Made by a program: the position numbers and the translations under genes. The notes under the pieces are model-generated. The model saw only the letters and a list, made by a program, of their open reading frames with translations. It had not been told where the DNA came from and did not search any database. Positions 48,662 through 58,421 of a stretch of 64,000 bases of DNA are shown piece by piece; positions within the stretch are counted from its first letter, which is position 1, and each line of letters begins with the position of its first letter. Source of the DNA: a virus; IMG/VR virus record IMGVR_UViG_3300025684_000011; one strand, written 5' to 3'.

Positions 48662-48991
48662 CTACTTTTTGCCTATTGAATTTAAACTATCCATAACATT
48701 ATCGATATTTGGCTCCTTGCTATTTGGATTATACACACATTTATATTGCTTTGGACAATTCTGATCAAACATTAATTCGTAAGTTTTGTTACCGCCTTTG
48801 TATATACATGCTTGTTGTCCACTTCTTGACTGGATAATCTTTGCTAGTCGGCAGGTTGTCATACTAGGCGGTATTATATCTCCTCTTTGAATCTTTTGTT
48901 GACGAGTATAATCTTTTTTACTACCATATGTTTTTGCTCCTGCGATTGCAATACTTGGAATCAACAATAACATTACTATATATTTAATCAT
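48662..48991 (-). CDS. exported Cys-containing hypothetical protein
   Basis: Signal peptide, 4 Cys. Confidence 0.7.
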   Translation of the reverse strand: MIKYIVMLLLIPSIAIAGAKTYGSKKDYTRQQKIQRGDIIPPSMTTCRLAKIIQSRSGQQACIYKGGNKTYELMFDQNCPKQYKCVYNPNSKEPNIDNVMDSLNSIGKK

Positions 48992-49205
48992 ATAATTTTA
49001 CTCTCTTTGGGTCAATTAAAGAAGGTTCGCATACAGCAGTATATGATCTTCTTTTTGGTACATCTTCACCAGCAGTTCCAGGAACTGCTGGTTGCTGATT
49101 CAATCTACTTGCAAAATATTTACAATCGTCTATGTTGCGAAAGTACATATCATTGCTAACTATTTGAGTACCTAAGTAAACAGTTAACAAGAATGCATGA
49201 ATCAT
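48984..49205 (-). CDS. small hypothetical membrane/exported protein
   Basis: 73 aa, Cys pair, coupled to neighbours. Confidence 0.65.
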   Translation of the reverse strand: MIHAFLLTVYLGTQIVSNDMYFRNIDDCKYFASRLNQQPAVPGTAGEDVPKRRSYTAVCEPSLIDPKRVKLYD

Positions 49206-49672
49206 TATAAGTTTATCACCGCAACAGTAAGTATGCCAATGACAACCATAGCAGATAATATAACAAATCCAATTAACTTTAGATTTTCAAGTAGCTCTGC
49301 ACTTTCTTTTGCCTTCTTTTTACGTCTAACTAATTCTGCTTCTTTTGCGGCCTGTATTCTATTTGCTCGTTCCTGAATGATACCTGCCCATGTTCCAGGA
49401 CCAAATCTCATATTAATCATATTTGCTACCTCTTGCATCTGCTCTTGTGCAATTTTAGCATCTATTGTTTCTCTTGCTATATTACTTGTACTAAATTGGT
49501 CTGCTATAGAGATGTTTCCACTTCTTTTGGAATTCATCTGACTATTTCCTTCGAACATTTTGTCAATGGCATCAGCTATATCGCCTATGTCTTTACATGT
49601 TTCTATTTGGTCCTTAATGAATGATACACTCTGTTTGACCAAAGCGATGCCTGCTAGTGTTTCCGCTATCAT
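49205..49672 (-). CDS. hypothetical protein with C-terminal TM helix
   Basis: AGGAGAG RBS; coiled coil plus TM. Confidence 0.7.
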   Translation of the reverse strand: MIAETLAGIALVKQSVSFIKDQIETCKDIGDIADAIDKMFEGNSQMNSKRSGNISIADQFSTSNIARETIDAKIAQEQMQEVANMINMRFGPGTWAGIIQERANRIQAAKEAELVRRKKKAKESAELLENLKLIGFVILSAMVVIGILTVAVINL

Positions 49673-49878
49673 TACAACTCTCCTTTCTACTGAGAAGAGA
49701 CATTTTAAAAACTGTCTGGATATTACATGTATTTAACAAAACAGGCCCAATTTTTATACTTTAGGTACGACAATACCTGTTATAAACTTATAAGTATATG
49801 GTTGGTTAAGCAAACTGGCGAGCAGTTTTGTATTTTAACTAATACTCAAATCCTATAATAGGAATAAAGGAAAAATCA

Positions 49879-50781
49879 ATGAAGATATTACCCTTAGCCA
49901 CGATCGCAGTATTCGTGGGCATCTTTACGGCGAATGCTGGTGAAAAACTAGCACTTCCGTCTACGGAAGGTGTAGACATTACAACATATGGTGAAGTCCG
50001 AGCATATGTTGAATCATCAACTACAAATGATGTTGATACAGCAATTAAAACATCAGACAGTAAAGTAGGACTAAAATTTAAGACTAAAGAACCAGTATAT
50101 GTCTTTGGAGAAATGTCAGCTAATGTTGATCTATCCTCAGACGGAGCAGACGATGTAACAACTCGGTTTGGTTATATTGGCGTAGGTACCAATGCATTGG
50201 GAGAAATTTCACTTGGACGTACAATGAGCATTATGGATTCATTTGTTGATAAAGCAGATGTGTTTATGGGTGCAGGAAATCAAGGAGTTCAGAAGACTCC
50301 TTTTACTATGAATAACAGTTTGAAGTATACTGGTAGTTTTAGCGGAGTCGATGTTGGCTTTCAAACACAAATGACTGATGATGCACAAAACCATGACTTG
50401 GATTTATATCAAATTGGTTTAGGCTACAAAGGCATTGGTGTTGCATATGCAAGAGATGAAATTAATTCATCTGACTACTATGGCTTGGGTGTTTCTCAAA
50501 AGTTTGGAAAAATTGGAGCATATGCTAGTGTGTCGGTATTAGATGATGATACACAAGCAAATGATGCAGTTGGATATGAACTTGCTGGTTCATATGATTT
50601 AAACGAAAAACTAACACTACAAGGCGGTTGGCAAGATACTGACGTTCAATCAGATGACGGTAACTTGACAATTGAATCACAGTATAAGATTGCAACTCAA
50701 TCAGTATTTTTTACTAATATTGATTATGACTTAACAACAGAAGATGCAACTCTTCGAACAGGTCTTAGCTTTACATTCTAA
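49879..50781 (+). CDS. Gram-negative outer-membrane porin
   Basis: Signal peptide; YGEVR, SKVGLK, R.GYIG....GEISLGR, NSLKY; C-terminal Phe (GLSFTF). Confidence 0.88.
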   Translation: MKILPLATIAVFVGIFTANAGEKLALPSTEGVDITTYGEVRAYVESSTTNDVDTAIKTSDSKVGLKFKTKEPVYVFGEMSANVDLSSDGADDVTTRFGYIGVGTNALGEISLGRTMSIMDSFVDKADVFMGAGNQGVQKTPFTMNNSLKYTGSFSGVDVGFQTQMTDDAQNHDLDLYQIGLGYKGIGVAYARDEINSSDYYGLGVSQKFGKIGAYASVSVLDDDTQANDAVGYELAGSYDLNEKLTLQGGWQDTDVQSDDGNLTIESQYKIATQSVFFTNIDYDLTTEDATLRTGLSFTF

Positions 50782-50795
50782 ACTAGTTTTGAATA

Positions 50796-50844
50796 TTTAC
50801 CCTCCTCTAGTAATGATATATAATATTATATAGAGGAGGGTAAA
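50796..50844 (+). promoter_or_regulatory. 14-bp hairpin sequestering the RBS of the next gene
   Basis: TTTACCCTCCTCTA ... TAGAGGAGGGTAAA; TTG start 2 nt after the stem. Confidence 0.7.
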
Positions 50845-50846
50845 GT

Positions 50847-51569
50847 TTGCCACTAATAGAGCAATATCCTAATTATAAATTCTTAGAAACCGTGTTTAGA
50901 CTTGGACACTTAGATAAACTCAAAAAAGCATTTTATGATAGTAAGCCTGTATGGAACCAAAGAGCAACAAAAACATTCTTTGCTGATTGCGGCTGGTATA
51001 AGTATCCTTATTGTTGTTTCGTTCCTGGTTATGAAGAATTAAATGCTCCAAACGTTATTGGTTTACTGCAATCTGAGATATACAATGCAACAGTTAACAT
51101 TGTTAAAGAACTGTGGGTAGCACTATATAAAGAAACTGACGAAGAATGGATGCCTTTCGGAGCAGAACTTAACTTAGTATATCCTGGCAGGAAAATTCAA
51201 CCTCACACAGATAATCATTTCTATAGCAATTATGCAACTAGATGTCATGTTGTATTAGAAACTAATAGTAATGTAGAATTTACATTTGGAAACAACGAAT
51301 CACCAACATTTAATGTAGGACATTCTTTTATTTTCAACAATAAAAGAAGGCACGAAATATGCAATTTTGGAAGCACAAACAGAGTTCATTTAGTAGTAGA
51401 TTTTTTACCCAAGAACATATTTCCTTATACAGAAAGAACTCTTGCTCCGTTTGGTACTGACAACTCGTGTCATATCATTAATACTATACGTTCAAAAGAT
51501 CATCCTTTACATAATAAATATGTAGACTATGTTGACGATACACCTATACCTAAAAGAAAAACTATATGA
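50847..51569 (+). CDS. Asp/Asn beta-hydroxylase-like 2OG-Fe(II) dioxygenase
   Basis: PG..I.PHTD, RCHVVL.TN, FNN...H...N....R.HLVVD. Confidence 0.85.
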   Translation: MPLIEQYPNYKFLETVFRLGHLDKLKKAFYDSKPVWNQRATKTFFADCGWYKYPYCCFVPGYEELNAPNVIGLLQSEIYNATVNIVKELWVALYKETDEEWMPFGAELNLVYPGRKIQPHTDNHFYSNYATRCHVVLETNSNVEFTFGNNESPTFNVGHSFIFNNKRRHEICNFGSTNRVHLVVDFLPKNIFPYTERTLAPFGTDNSCHIINTIRSKDHPLHNKYVDYVDDTPIPKRKTI

Positions 51570-52225
51570 TTTCAGACGATGTTAATCAACCTGTTCAGGC
51601 ACATCCTGAATATTTTATCCCTCTAAATTTAACACTACCTCAAGTAGATATCGAAGCACTTAAAGGCGGCATTATTGCTGATTTAAGCGTCAAGCACAAG
51701 GATAGCGATAGATTATGGTTTAATACTGCTATCGCATCTGGTAATCCATTAGAAGAAACGCAGAGAGTAGCAAATGATTTCTTAGAACAATATAATCTTG
51801 AGGCAAGTACTATGGGAATATTTGTTGTTAATGCTAATACATACGATTGGAACATACATTGTGATTCACAACGTTTAGAAACTCGGCTAAATTTTTATGA
51901 ATTAACTACTGCTCCGGGCTTAGTTCGCTGGTTTCCGGATACAAACGACGGATATGAAGAGATACATAAAAACATAGAAGGTAATGAATTTGTTGACTAT
52001 GTATGGCCATGGGTTATACAGTTTAAGCAACAACATAGGGATTGGAGCAAAGTACCACCTGCTATTTGGTCTACATCTACTGGTTGTAGTAGTGCGTTAG
52101 TTAGGACTAATTTACCACATCATGTAGTACAAGGTGATGGAATTAGGATAACAGTTACCTGTAAGGTTGTAGACAAAGAAACAAAGAGTACAGTTGACAC
52201 ATGGAGCAGATTACAACAATGTTAA
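51566..52225 (+). CDS. putative 2OG-Fe(II)/cupin-fold dioxygenase
   Basis: IHCD...RLNF...LVRTNLPHHV....RITVT. Confidence 0.65.
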   Translation: MISDDVNQPVQAHPEYFIPLNLTLPQVDIEALKGGIIADLSVKHKDSDRLWFNTAIASGNPLEETQRVANDFLEQYNLEASTMGIFVVNANTYDWNIHCDSQRLETRLNFYELTTAPGLVRWFPDTNDGYEEIHKNIEGNEFVDYVWPWVIQFKQQHRDWSKVPPAIWSTSTGCSSALVRTNLPHHVVQGDGIRITVTCKVVDKETKSTVDTWSRLQQC

Positions 52226-52653
52226 AAAGAGTTACAAACTTAACTTATGGCATGGCCGAAGAGTTAAAGAAAGATCCTGTTAGGCCGAATATTACGCCTT
52301 CAAGGAGAATTGGAAAAAACAAAGATATTTTCTACGAGTTATCTGATGAAGGAAATATTGATGCAGTAATTTGTGTTACCTATACAAATGATGTACCTAC
52401 TGATGAATCAAATTTATTTGATATGCCAGGTAAAGACGTTGCTATTTTTTATAGTGTCTGGAGTAACAAGGCCGGTGCTGGACGCAAGATAATCTTTGAT
52501 ACAGTCGATGTAATAACAAATGAAAATAAAAATATACAACGTTTTGTAACACTAAGCCCAAACACTAAAATAGCAGAAAGATTTCATCTAAGAAACGGAG
52601 CAATAGTATTCCGTACCAATGACAATACTGTAAATTATGAGTATTTAAAGTAA
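52201..52653 (+). CDS. hypothetical protein (possible GNAT-like fold)
   Basis: DPVRP, FYSVWS...GAGR, TLSP.T..A..FHL.NGA. Confidence 0.6.
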   Translation: MEQITTMLKRVTNLTYGMAEELKKDPVRPNITPSRRIGKNKDIFYELSDEGNIDAVICVTYTNDVPTDESNLFDMPGKDVAIFYSVWSNKAGAGRKIIFDTVDVITNENKNIQRFVTLSPNTKIAERFHLRNGAIVFRTNDNTVNYEYLK

Positions 52654-52667
52654 TATGCATAAACTGG

Positions 52668-52696
52668 TTGACAGACACAATATATTGTGTTAGTAT
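52668..52696 (+). promoter_or_regulatory. sigma70-type promoter
   Basis: TTGACA-N17-TAGTAT. Confidence 0.6.
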
Positions 52697-52731
52697 ACAT
52701 TATAAAGTTAAAAAAATGAAAGGACTTTAAT

Positions 52732-52947
52732 ATGAATAAAACAAAATATATCGCAACTAGATTATTCTTAATTGCACTTGCAACATTACTATTCGTACAA
52801 GTAGTAAGGTTTATTGCAGTACTTGGAACAGACTATGGATTTACTCTACAACAAGTAGGTGCTGGTATTAGTCTTGTTGTAATATTTTCAGTTATGGGTT
52901 TTTGGTTGTCTTCCGATTATGACATGAAGAAGTTAGGTGATAAGTAG
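52732..52947 (+). CDS. small 2-TM membrane protein
   Basis: 71 aa; AAGGA RBS. Confidence 0.7.
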   Translation: MNKTKYIATRLFLIALATLLFVQVVRFIAVLGTDYGFTLQQVGAGISLVVIFSVMGFWLSSDYDMKKLGDK

Positions 52948-52961
52948 AACGGAAATAAAGT

Positions 52962-53037
<76 letters not shown>

Positions 53038-53114
53038 CTTTTGTTAAAAGAATAACAGAATAACAGAATCATAATTGTAATATAAGTAAGATATAATACA
53101 AACGGAAAACGAAG

Positions 53115-53360
53115 ATGAAATGGTTTTTTATATTAATGGTAATGACACAAAATACTCCTGTACAAGATCATTTGTACTTAATACAGGAGCCAAAATTCTC
53201 CACACCACAAGAATGCTTGAGATTTGTTGAAGTTAATCAACCTCTACTTCGAGCTCTTGGAGCTGAAAAGTTTCCAACTCAGTATGTTGAAAACATTTAT
53301 TGCCTAACGCAAGATGCGTTAGATAGTTTTATTACAGATAACCCAGGAAAGAGTATATAG
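53115..53360 (+). CDS. small hypothetical membrane/exported protein
   Basis: Hydrophobic N-terminus, Cys pair. Confidence 0.65.
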   Translation: MKWFFILMVMTQNTPVQDHLYLIQEPKFSTPQECLRFVEVNQPLLRALGAEKFPTQYVENIYCLTQDALDSFITDNPGKSI

Positions 53361-54014
53361 ATGAAAATTTTAACAACGGACGGCATGCTAGATAAAAGAA
53401 ATACAATGTACCCTTCTTATGCCGAAAAGATTACAAATGCATTTAAAACTTCTGAGGCCTATAGTTCAACTTATGGATATGTACTAAACGGAGAAGTTGA
53501 ATTACCAAATAAATGGATTGCAAGAGAGAAGGAATATTTTTCTTTTGCAAGTCATGAATCAACAGATTTTCAAGTAACAGGGACGGCAGTATTTTTTACT
53601 AGACTAGGACATATGCATCAAAACAACTTAGGAGGTCCTATTGAAGACAGTGGACGACTTTGTTATATAGATGGTTGTAGTGATAGTTTATTAATATATC
53701 CAAGTCGTGCAGGAGATCCAAGTGTTAACCTTTTAGCTTTCCCTGCAGGCATTAACCAAACATTTCATATTCACCCTAGTGTAAGATTAGGATTTGTTGC
53801 TGAAGGATCAGGTAATGCAGAAATGATAACAGGTGAAGTGTATCCGTTAGAAGCAGGAAGTATCTTTTGTATTGAAGAAAGAGAAAATCATAGATTTCAA
53901 ACAATAAACGATACAATGAAAATTATTGCATACCATCCAGATGGAGATTGGGGACCAACTGATCAAAATCATACAATGTTAAATCGTACATATATACTCG
54001 ACGGTGGCCAATAA
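53361..54014 (+). CDS. cupin-domain protein
   Basis: YIDGCSD, QTFHIHPSVR.G, E.H.F.T, YHPDGDWGPTD. Confidence 0.8.
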   Translation: MKILTTDGMLDKRNTMYPSYAEKITNAFKTSEAYSSTYGYVLNGEVELPNKWIAREKEYFSFASHESTDFQVTGTAVFFTRLGHMHQNNLGGPIEDSGRLCYIDGCSDSLLIYPSRAGDPSVNLLAFPAGINQTFHIHPSVRLGFVAEGSGNAEMITGEVYPLEAGSIFCIEERENHRFQTINDTMKIIAYHPDGDWGPTDQNHTMLNRTYILDGGQ

Positions 54015-54718
54015 TGTTCACAACAGAACCAACACTACAATATCTAATTGTAGATAGTAGAACTAATGTTATTCTAGTTGGAACAACAAATGCAGATGTA
54101 GCATCTGCATTGATGCTAAGAAGATCCTACTATAGATCAGAAGTAGACTACATGAACAATTCAAGTAAGAACAAAGGTCTTTTTGCTACTGGTTTAGATA
54201 GAGAGTTTGATAAGATGATAGTCACCTATAGAATGAATTATCATGTTAAGTGGGGCGGTACTCCAAACGAATCAGGTCGGCACGAAATAGAGACTGTTAG
54301 GGATTGGACTAATCTTGATAAAAACGCTGTTACACAAGCTAGACAAGAAGCAATGACAGCTGAATTATTCTATGCTAGTGCATGGCAGATTCTTATGCAT
54401 TCTTTAAGATGGACACCTCCAGAAAATGACATGGTGATTAGATTTTATCCTGAACTGTTAGATGCAGTTAATAAATGTATCCCACTCCACGATTATTATG
54501 TTGATGATATTATTGAATATGCTTCTATTACTGGAATAACACCTAAGCAAGCCTATAATGAAATTAACAACCAACTAATACCTATACGCAAACAACGTAT
54601 TCGTGCGTATGCCCTTTGGCAAAAATATACCCAAAAGATGCTAATGGTAGACACTAAACAAGAATTTCAGAATATACTTTCAGAAATTAGAAACAACGTA
54701 TTTTTAGGAACAGAGTAG
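54014..54718 (+). CDS. PP-loop partner family protein, copy 3
   Basis: VNKCIPLHDYYVDDIIEYASITGITPKQAYNEI. Confidence 0.7.
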   Translation: MFTTEPTLQYLIVDSRTNVILVGTTNADVASALMLRRSYYRSEVDYMNNSSKNKGLFATGLDREFDKMIVTYRMNYHVKWGGTPNESGRHEIETVRDWTNLDKNAVTQARQEAMTAELFYASAWQILMHSLRWTPPENDMVIRFYPELLDAVNKCIPLHDYYVDDIIEYASITGITPKQAYNEINNQLIPIRKQRIRAYALWQKYTQKMLMVDTKQEFQNILSEIRNNVFLGTE

Positions 54719-54719
54719 A

Positions 54720-55037
54720 ATGTATAGACCATTACCAGACGGATTAACAATAAGAGAATCAAATGTACAAGGATTAGGATTATTTGCAACCAAAGATTTT
54801 GATGCAGATGTAGTATTAGGAATTGTGCATGTTATGAATAAAAACTTCCCTCATGGAAGTATTAGAACGGCATTAGGTGCTTTTTATAATCATTCAGATG
54901 ACCCTAATTGCAAAAACCATGAAGGCTTCTGGCATCAGATTCCTGTCCGTTATTTAACTACAACTAAACCTATCAAATCAGGTGATGAATTAACTGCAAA
55001 GTACACTTTATATAATAATTTTGAGGATGTAGCATAA
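54720..55037 (+). CDS. minimal SET-domain methyltransferase
   Basis: GLGLFATKD, NHSDDPNC, I..GDELT..Y. Confidence 0.9.
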   Translation: MYRPLPDGLTIRESNVQGLGLFATKDFDADVVLGIVHVMNKNFPHGSIRTALGAFYNHSDDPNCKNHEGFWHQIPVRYLTTTKPIKSGDELTAKYTLYNNFEDVA

Positions 55038-56128
55038 TGGGCGAATTATTATTATCTACAGTTTCTAGTCAAGTACATACCGCAACAAACAAAACACAAG
55101 ACCAACTGGATTTTTATTCCATTTATAATGTTATTGCTCCATTAGTTAATTTATGTGACAGAACTGGTCACGTTATAACTCCTTATAATTATAAAGTTAC
55201 ATTACCAATCCCAGCTAATGGCAAAGTAGGAACATTTGAAGAAATTGCAATCGCTAGGGCAAAAGAGTTATTAGATTTAAGTAAGGCAACTAACAAGCCT
55301 TGTTTAGTTTTGTGGAGTGGAGGCATTGATAGTACAACAGTATTAACAGCATTAATTATAGCCGCTGATGGAGATTATAGTAATATTAAAGTTTGTATGA
55401 ATGCTCAATCAATAAGAGAAAATCCTAAATTTTATTATAATTATGTTAGAGGTAAAATGGAAATTGCTCCTAGTGAAATAATGTTTGATTATATTAATAA
55501 AGATCATATTATTTGTAGCGGAGAGGGTTGTGATCAGTTATTTGGAACTGACATATATCTAGCAATTCAGGGTTGGGATAATAATGCAAGTATGTTCCAA
55601 CCATATACTTTTGAAAATGTTGGTGCATTTTTTATGCATAAAGGAATGCCTAGCAGACAAGCAAAAATTTGGTTTGATATAATGGATAACCAAATTAAAG
55701 CAAAACAACCTTGTGAAATTACAGATTTTAAAGATTTCTTTTGGTGGTACAACTTCTGTTATAAATGGCAAAATGTATATTATAGACTTTTTAATATGGG
55801 AAAAAGAATGTCTATAACACTTGACCAAGATTTCTTTGATAACAACTACCATAACTTTTTTATGAATGACGACTTTCAAAGATGGAGTATAAACAATCCT
55901 GATAAGAAAATTACAAAGGATTGGGCTTCTTATAAATTTACAGCCAAAGAGTTTATATATGCGTTTGACAAGGATGAGGAATACTTTAATAATAAAGTTA
56001 AGATTCCAAGTCTGATAAACGTGTTTCGAACTATAGAGCATGTTGGCGGACTAAATTCTGATTTTGAATTTTTACCTAAGAACTTTGATATTGAACCTTA
56101 TATTAACAAAACAAACAGTTTTACTTAG
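55037..56128 (+). CDS. asparagine-synthetase-like PP-loop ATPase, no glutaminase domain
   Basis: DRTG, LWSGGIDST, SGEGCDQLFG, WW.NFCYKWQ. Confidence 0.85.
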   Translation: MGELLLSTVSSQVHTATNKTQDQLDFYSIYNVIAPLVNLCDRTGHVITPYNYKVTLPIPANGKVGTFEEIAIARAKELLDLSKATNKPCLVLWSGGIDSTTVLTALIIAADGDYSNIKVCMNAQSIRENPKFYYNYVRGKMEIAPSEIMFDYINKDHIICSGEGCDQLFGTDIYLAIQGWDNNASMFQPYTFENVGAFFMHKGMPSRQAKIWFDIMDNQIKAKQPCEITDFKDFFWWYNFCYKWQNVYYRLFNMGKRMSITLDQDFFDNNYHNFFMNDDFQRWSINNPDKKITKDWASYKFTAKEFIYAFDKDEEYFNNKVKIPSLINVFRTIEHVGGLNSDFEFLPKNFDIEPYINKTNSFT

Positions 56129-56164
56129 GCTAACAATGTCACCCAAAAACTAATATATACTAAC

Positions 56165-57106
56165 ATGGAATATGGATTAGACAACAAACAAGAATTTTAT
56201 GTTGATTATACATCTTGTACTAGACCAGTAGGTAACATGCGAGATGAAATGGAAATTGCATGTACTAACTTAGCAGAAGATGCACAAAGTAGAAATACTT
56301 CTGTACTCATCAGCCTTAGTAGTGGATTAGATAGTCAGGTATTGTTGCACACATTTCATTCTTTAGGACTGCCATTTAGTACAGCCTTCTGCCATTGGCC
56401 AGGTTATAATGATAACGAACGTAGTAATATAGATATACTAGATAAGAAGTATGATAATAAAACTACTATTATTGAAATTAATCCAGATGATCATAAAGAA
56501 GAAGTTGAAAAACTAGCAATCAGTACTGGAATCCCAGCAGAACATCATTTAATGAAAATGTTTTTAAATCAACTACCAAATGAATTAGATATATTACAAG
56601 GTATTGAAAGTTTTGATTTTATATTCCGTAATAAAAAAACATATTGTATGGAAAGTTGGACTGCAATAGAAATAGCAAGTCAAAGAGCATTACAAGAAGT
56701 TAACCGTGAAGGTAAGATAGTATCAATTGACAGACGTTCTAAGTTTAACGAGTTTACACTAGCATTGTTAAGTGATTCAATAGTTGAAGGCTATTGTAAT
56801 TCTATTAGGTATATTGCTGGCAATGGTTTAATTGAGAAAAAATCAGGAGAGTCACCTCCTTTAATATTTTCATGGGAATATTATGTCAAACCTTTGTTAT
56901 ATGGTTTATATTGGAAAGGTGAATTAGAGTTATTTCCAAAAGATGTTAGTGCAAATAATATTGCCTGGATAATGAATCCAAGCGACAGCAGGTTGAGACA
57001 TAACTATAAAAATAAATGCGCCTATGTTGAGAGGAACGAATTAATAAACCATCTAAAAGATTTTGGGTCTAATAAGACTCGTAGATGGCATCAGTATAAA
57101 GGATAA
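56165..57106 (+). CDS. divergent PP-loop ATPase
   Basis: ISLSSGLDSQV, QGIE. Confidence 0.65.
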   Translation: MEYGLDNKQEFYVDYTSCTRPVGNMRDEMEIACTNLAEDAQSRNTSVLISLSSGLDSQVLLHTFHSLGLPFSTAFCHWPGYNDNERSNIDILDKKYDNKTTIIEINPDDHKEEVEKLAISTGIPAEHHLMKMFLNQLPNELDILQGIESFDFIFRNKKTYCMESWTAIEIASQRALQEVNREGKIVSIDRRSKFNEFTLALLSDSIVEGYCNSIRYIAGNGLIEKKSGESPPLIFSWEYYVKPLLYGLYWKGELELFPKDVSANNIAWIMNPSDSRLRHNYKNKCAYVERNELINHLKDFGSNKTRRWHQYKG

Positions 57107-57110
57107 AAAT

Positions 57111-58421
57111 ATGCCGGCACCACTTATAGATCCAAACGGATCTTTACCAGAAAAGAATATAATTGTAAATCCTTATATTAATAAGAAGTTAGGATATTAT
57201 ATTGTAGACGGTTTTGAGTTTGATTCAAAAATTAGAGCAGGATTACATTCTGTTAAAGTGAATAAGCCAGTACAATGGATATTTAACAACAAAGAATTTA
57301 GATCTCATGACTGGAGTGTTGAACCTAGTGAAACTTTAGATCAGTTATATGATGCAAGAGCTTTTGACCTAAGAGTAAAATATGATTACCTTATTTTAAG
57401 TTTTAGTGGAGGAAGCGATTCTTGGAATATTTATAAAGCATTTCAACGACAAGGCTTACACATTGACGAGGTAATTGTTAATACAATGTCTAAGGCAAGT
57501 AAAGGATTAGTAACAGATACCAGTACTAAAGCATTTAATGCTCCTGAAAGCGAACATGTAAGAAATACAATACCTAGGCTTAAAGAAATACAAAAAGAAA
57601 TGCCTATGACAAAGATTACTGTTACTGATCAAAGTGACTATCTGTTTGAAAGCCTAGAGGCGGCCGGAGATGCTAGTTGGGTATTAGAGAAACGTGAGGG
57701 ATTGAATCCTGCAGGTATTACTAGATTCAATTATTTGCATTTTATGGAAGTAAGAAAGAGATTTGATAAAGATAAAAAGATAGGGCTGATAGTTGGTATT
57801 GAAAAGCCTAGAACACTTGTTCACCAAGGACGTTTCTTTGTTAGATTTGCAGACAGAAGTACCAATATGATTACAGTAGCAGAACATTTAAAAGACTATC
57901 CTAATTCAACAGTTGAATTCTTTTACTGGTCTCCAGATTGTGTTCCTTTGCTTATTAAACAAGCTCATGTTGTTAAGAAATACCTTGAGGCTAATCCTTC
58001 TATGCAAGTTCATTTCAATAGTGAAAATTCTACAGGAAAAGTATATAGATTATTGCACGAGCCTTTACTTAGAAACTTATTATACAGTACCTGGGATCAA
58101 CGTTGGTTCCAAGCAGAGAAAGCAGTATTAGATTGGGATAGTGAATTTGATCAATGGTTTAGAGTTGGTTATCAAGATACTAAAGCATATCAAATTTGGA
58201 TGGAAGGTCTAAAGTATGTAGCAGACAACTTAAAGCCCTTTCTACGTTATGTAGAAGATCCTGATAATGATATATGGAATACTAGTGTAATGAATTCTTT
58301 TATTGATAGGGGTGATGAATTAGTTGGACAACGTCCGGATGGTTTGGCTCCGGTCCTTCATAACTACGAAGTTGGTAGAATGAAAGTAACCGGGCCAGGT
58401 GTTAATACGTTTATGCGTTAG
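57111..58421 (+). CDS. divergent PP-loop ATPase
   Basis: LSFSGGSDSWNI, HIDEV, GIEKP, EFFYWSP. Confidence 0.7.
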   Translation: MPAPLIDPNGSLPEKNIIVNPYINKKLGYYIVDGFEFDSKIRAGLHSVKVNKPVQWIFNNKEFRSHDWSVEPSETLDQLYDARAFDLRVKYDYLILSFSGGSDSWNIYKAFQRQGLHIDEVIVNTMSKASKGLVTDTSTKAFNAPESEHVRNTIPRLKEIQKEMPMTKITVTDQSDYLFESLEAAGDASWVLEKREGLNPAGITRFNYLHFMEVRKRFDKDKKIGLIVGIEKPRTLVHQGRFFVRFADRSTNMITVAEHLKDYPNSTVEFFYWSPDCVPLLIKQAHVVKKYLEANPSMQVHFNSENSTGKVYRLLHEPLLRNLLYSTWDQRWFQAEKAVLDWDSEFDQWFRVGYQDTKAYQIWMEGLKYVADNLKPFLRYVEDPDNDIWNTSVMNSFIDRGDELVGQRPDGLAPVLHNYEVGRMKVTGPGVNTFMR

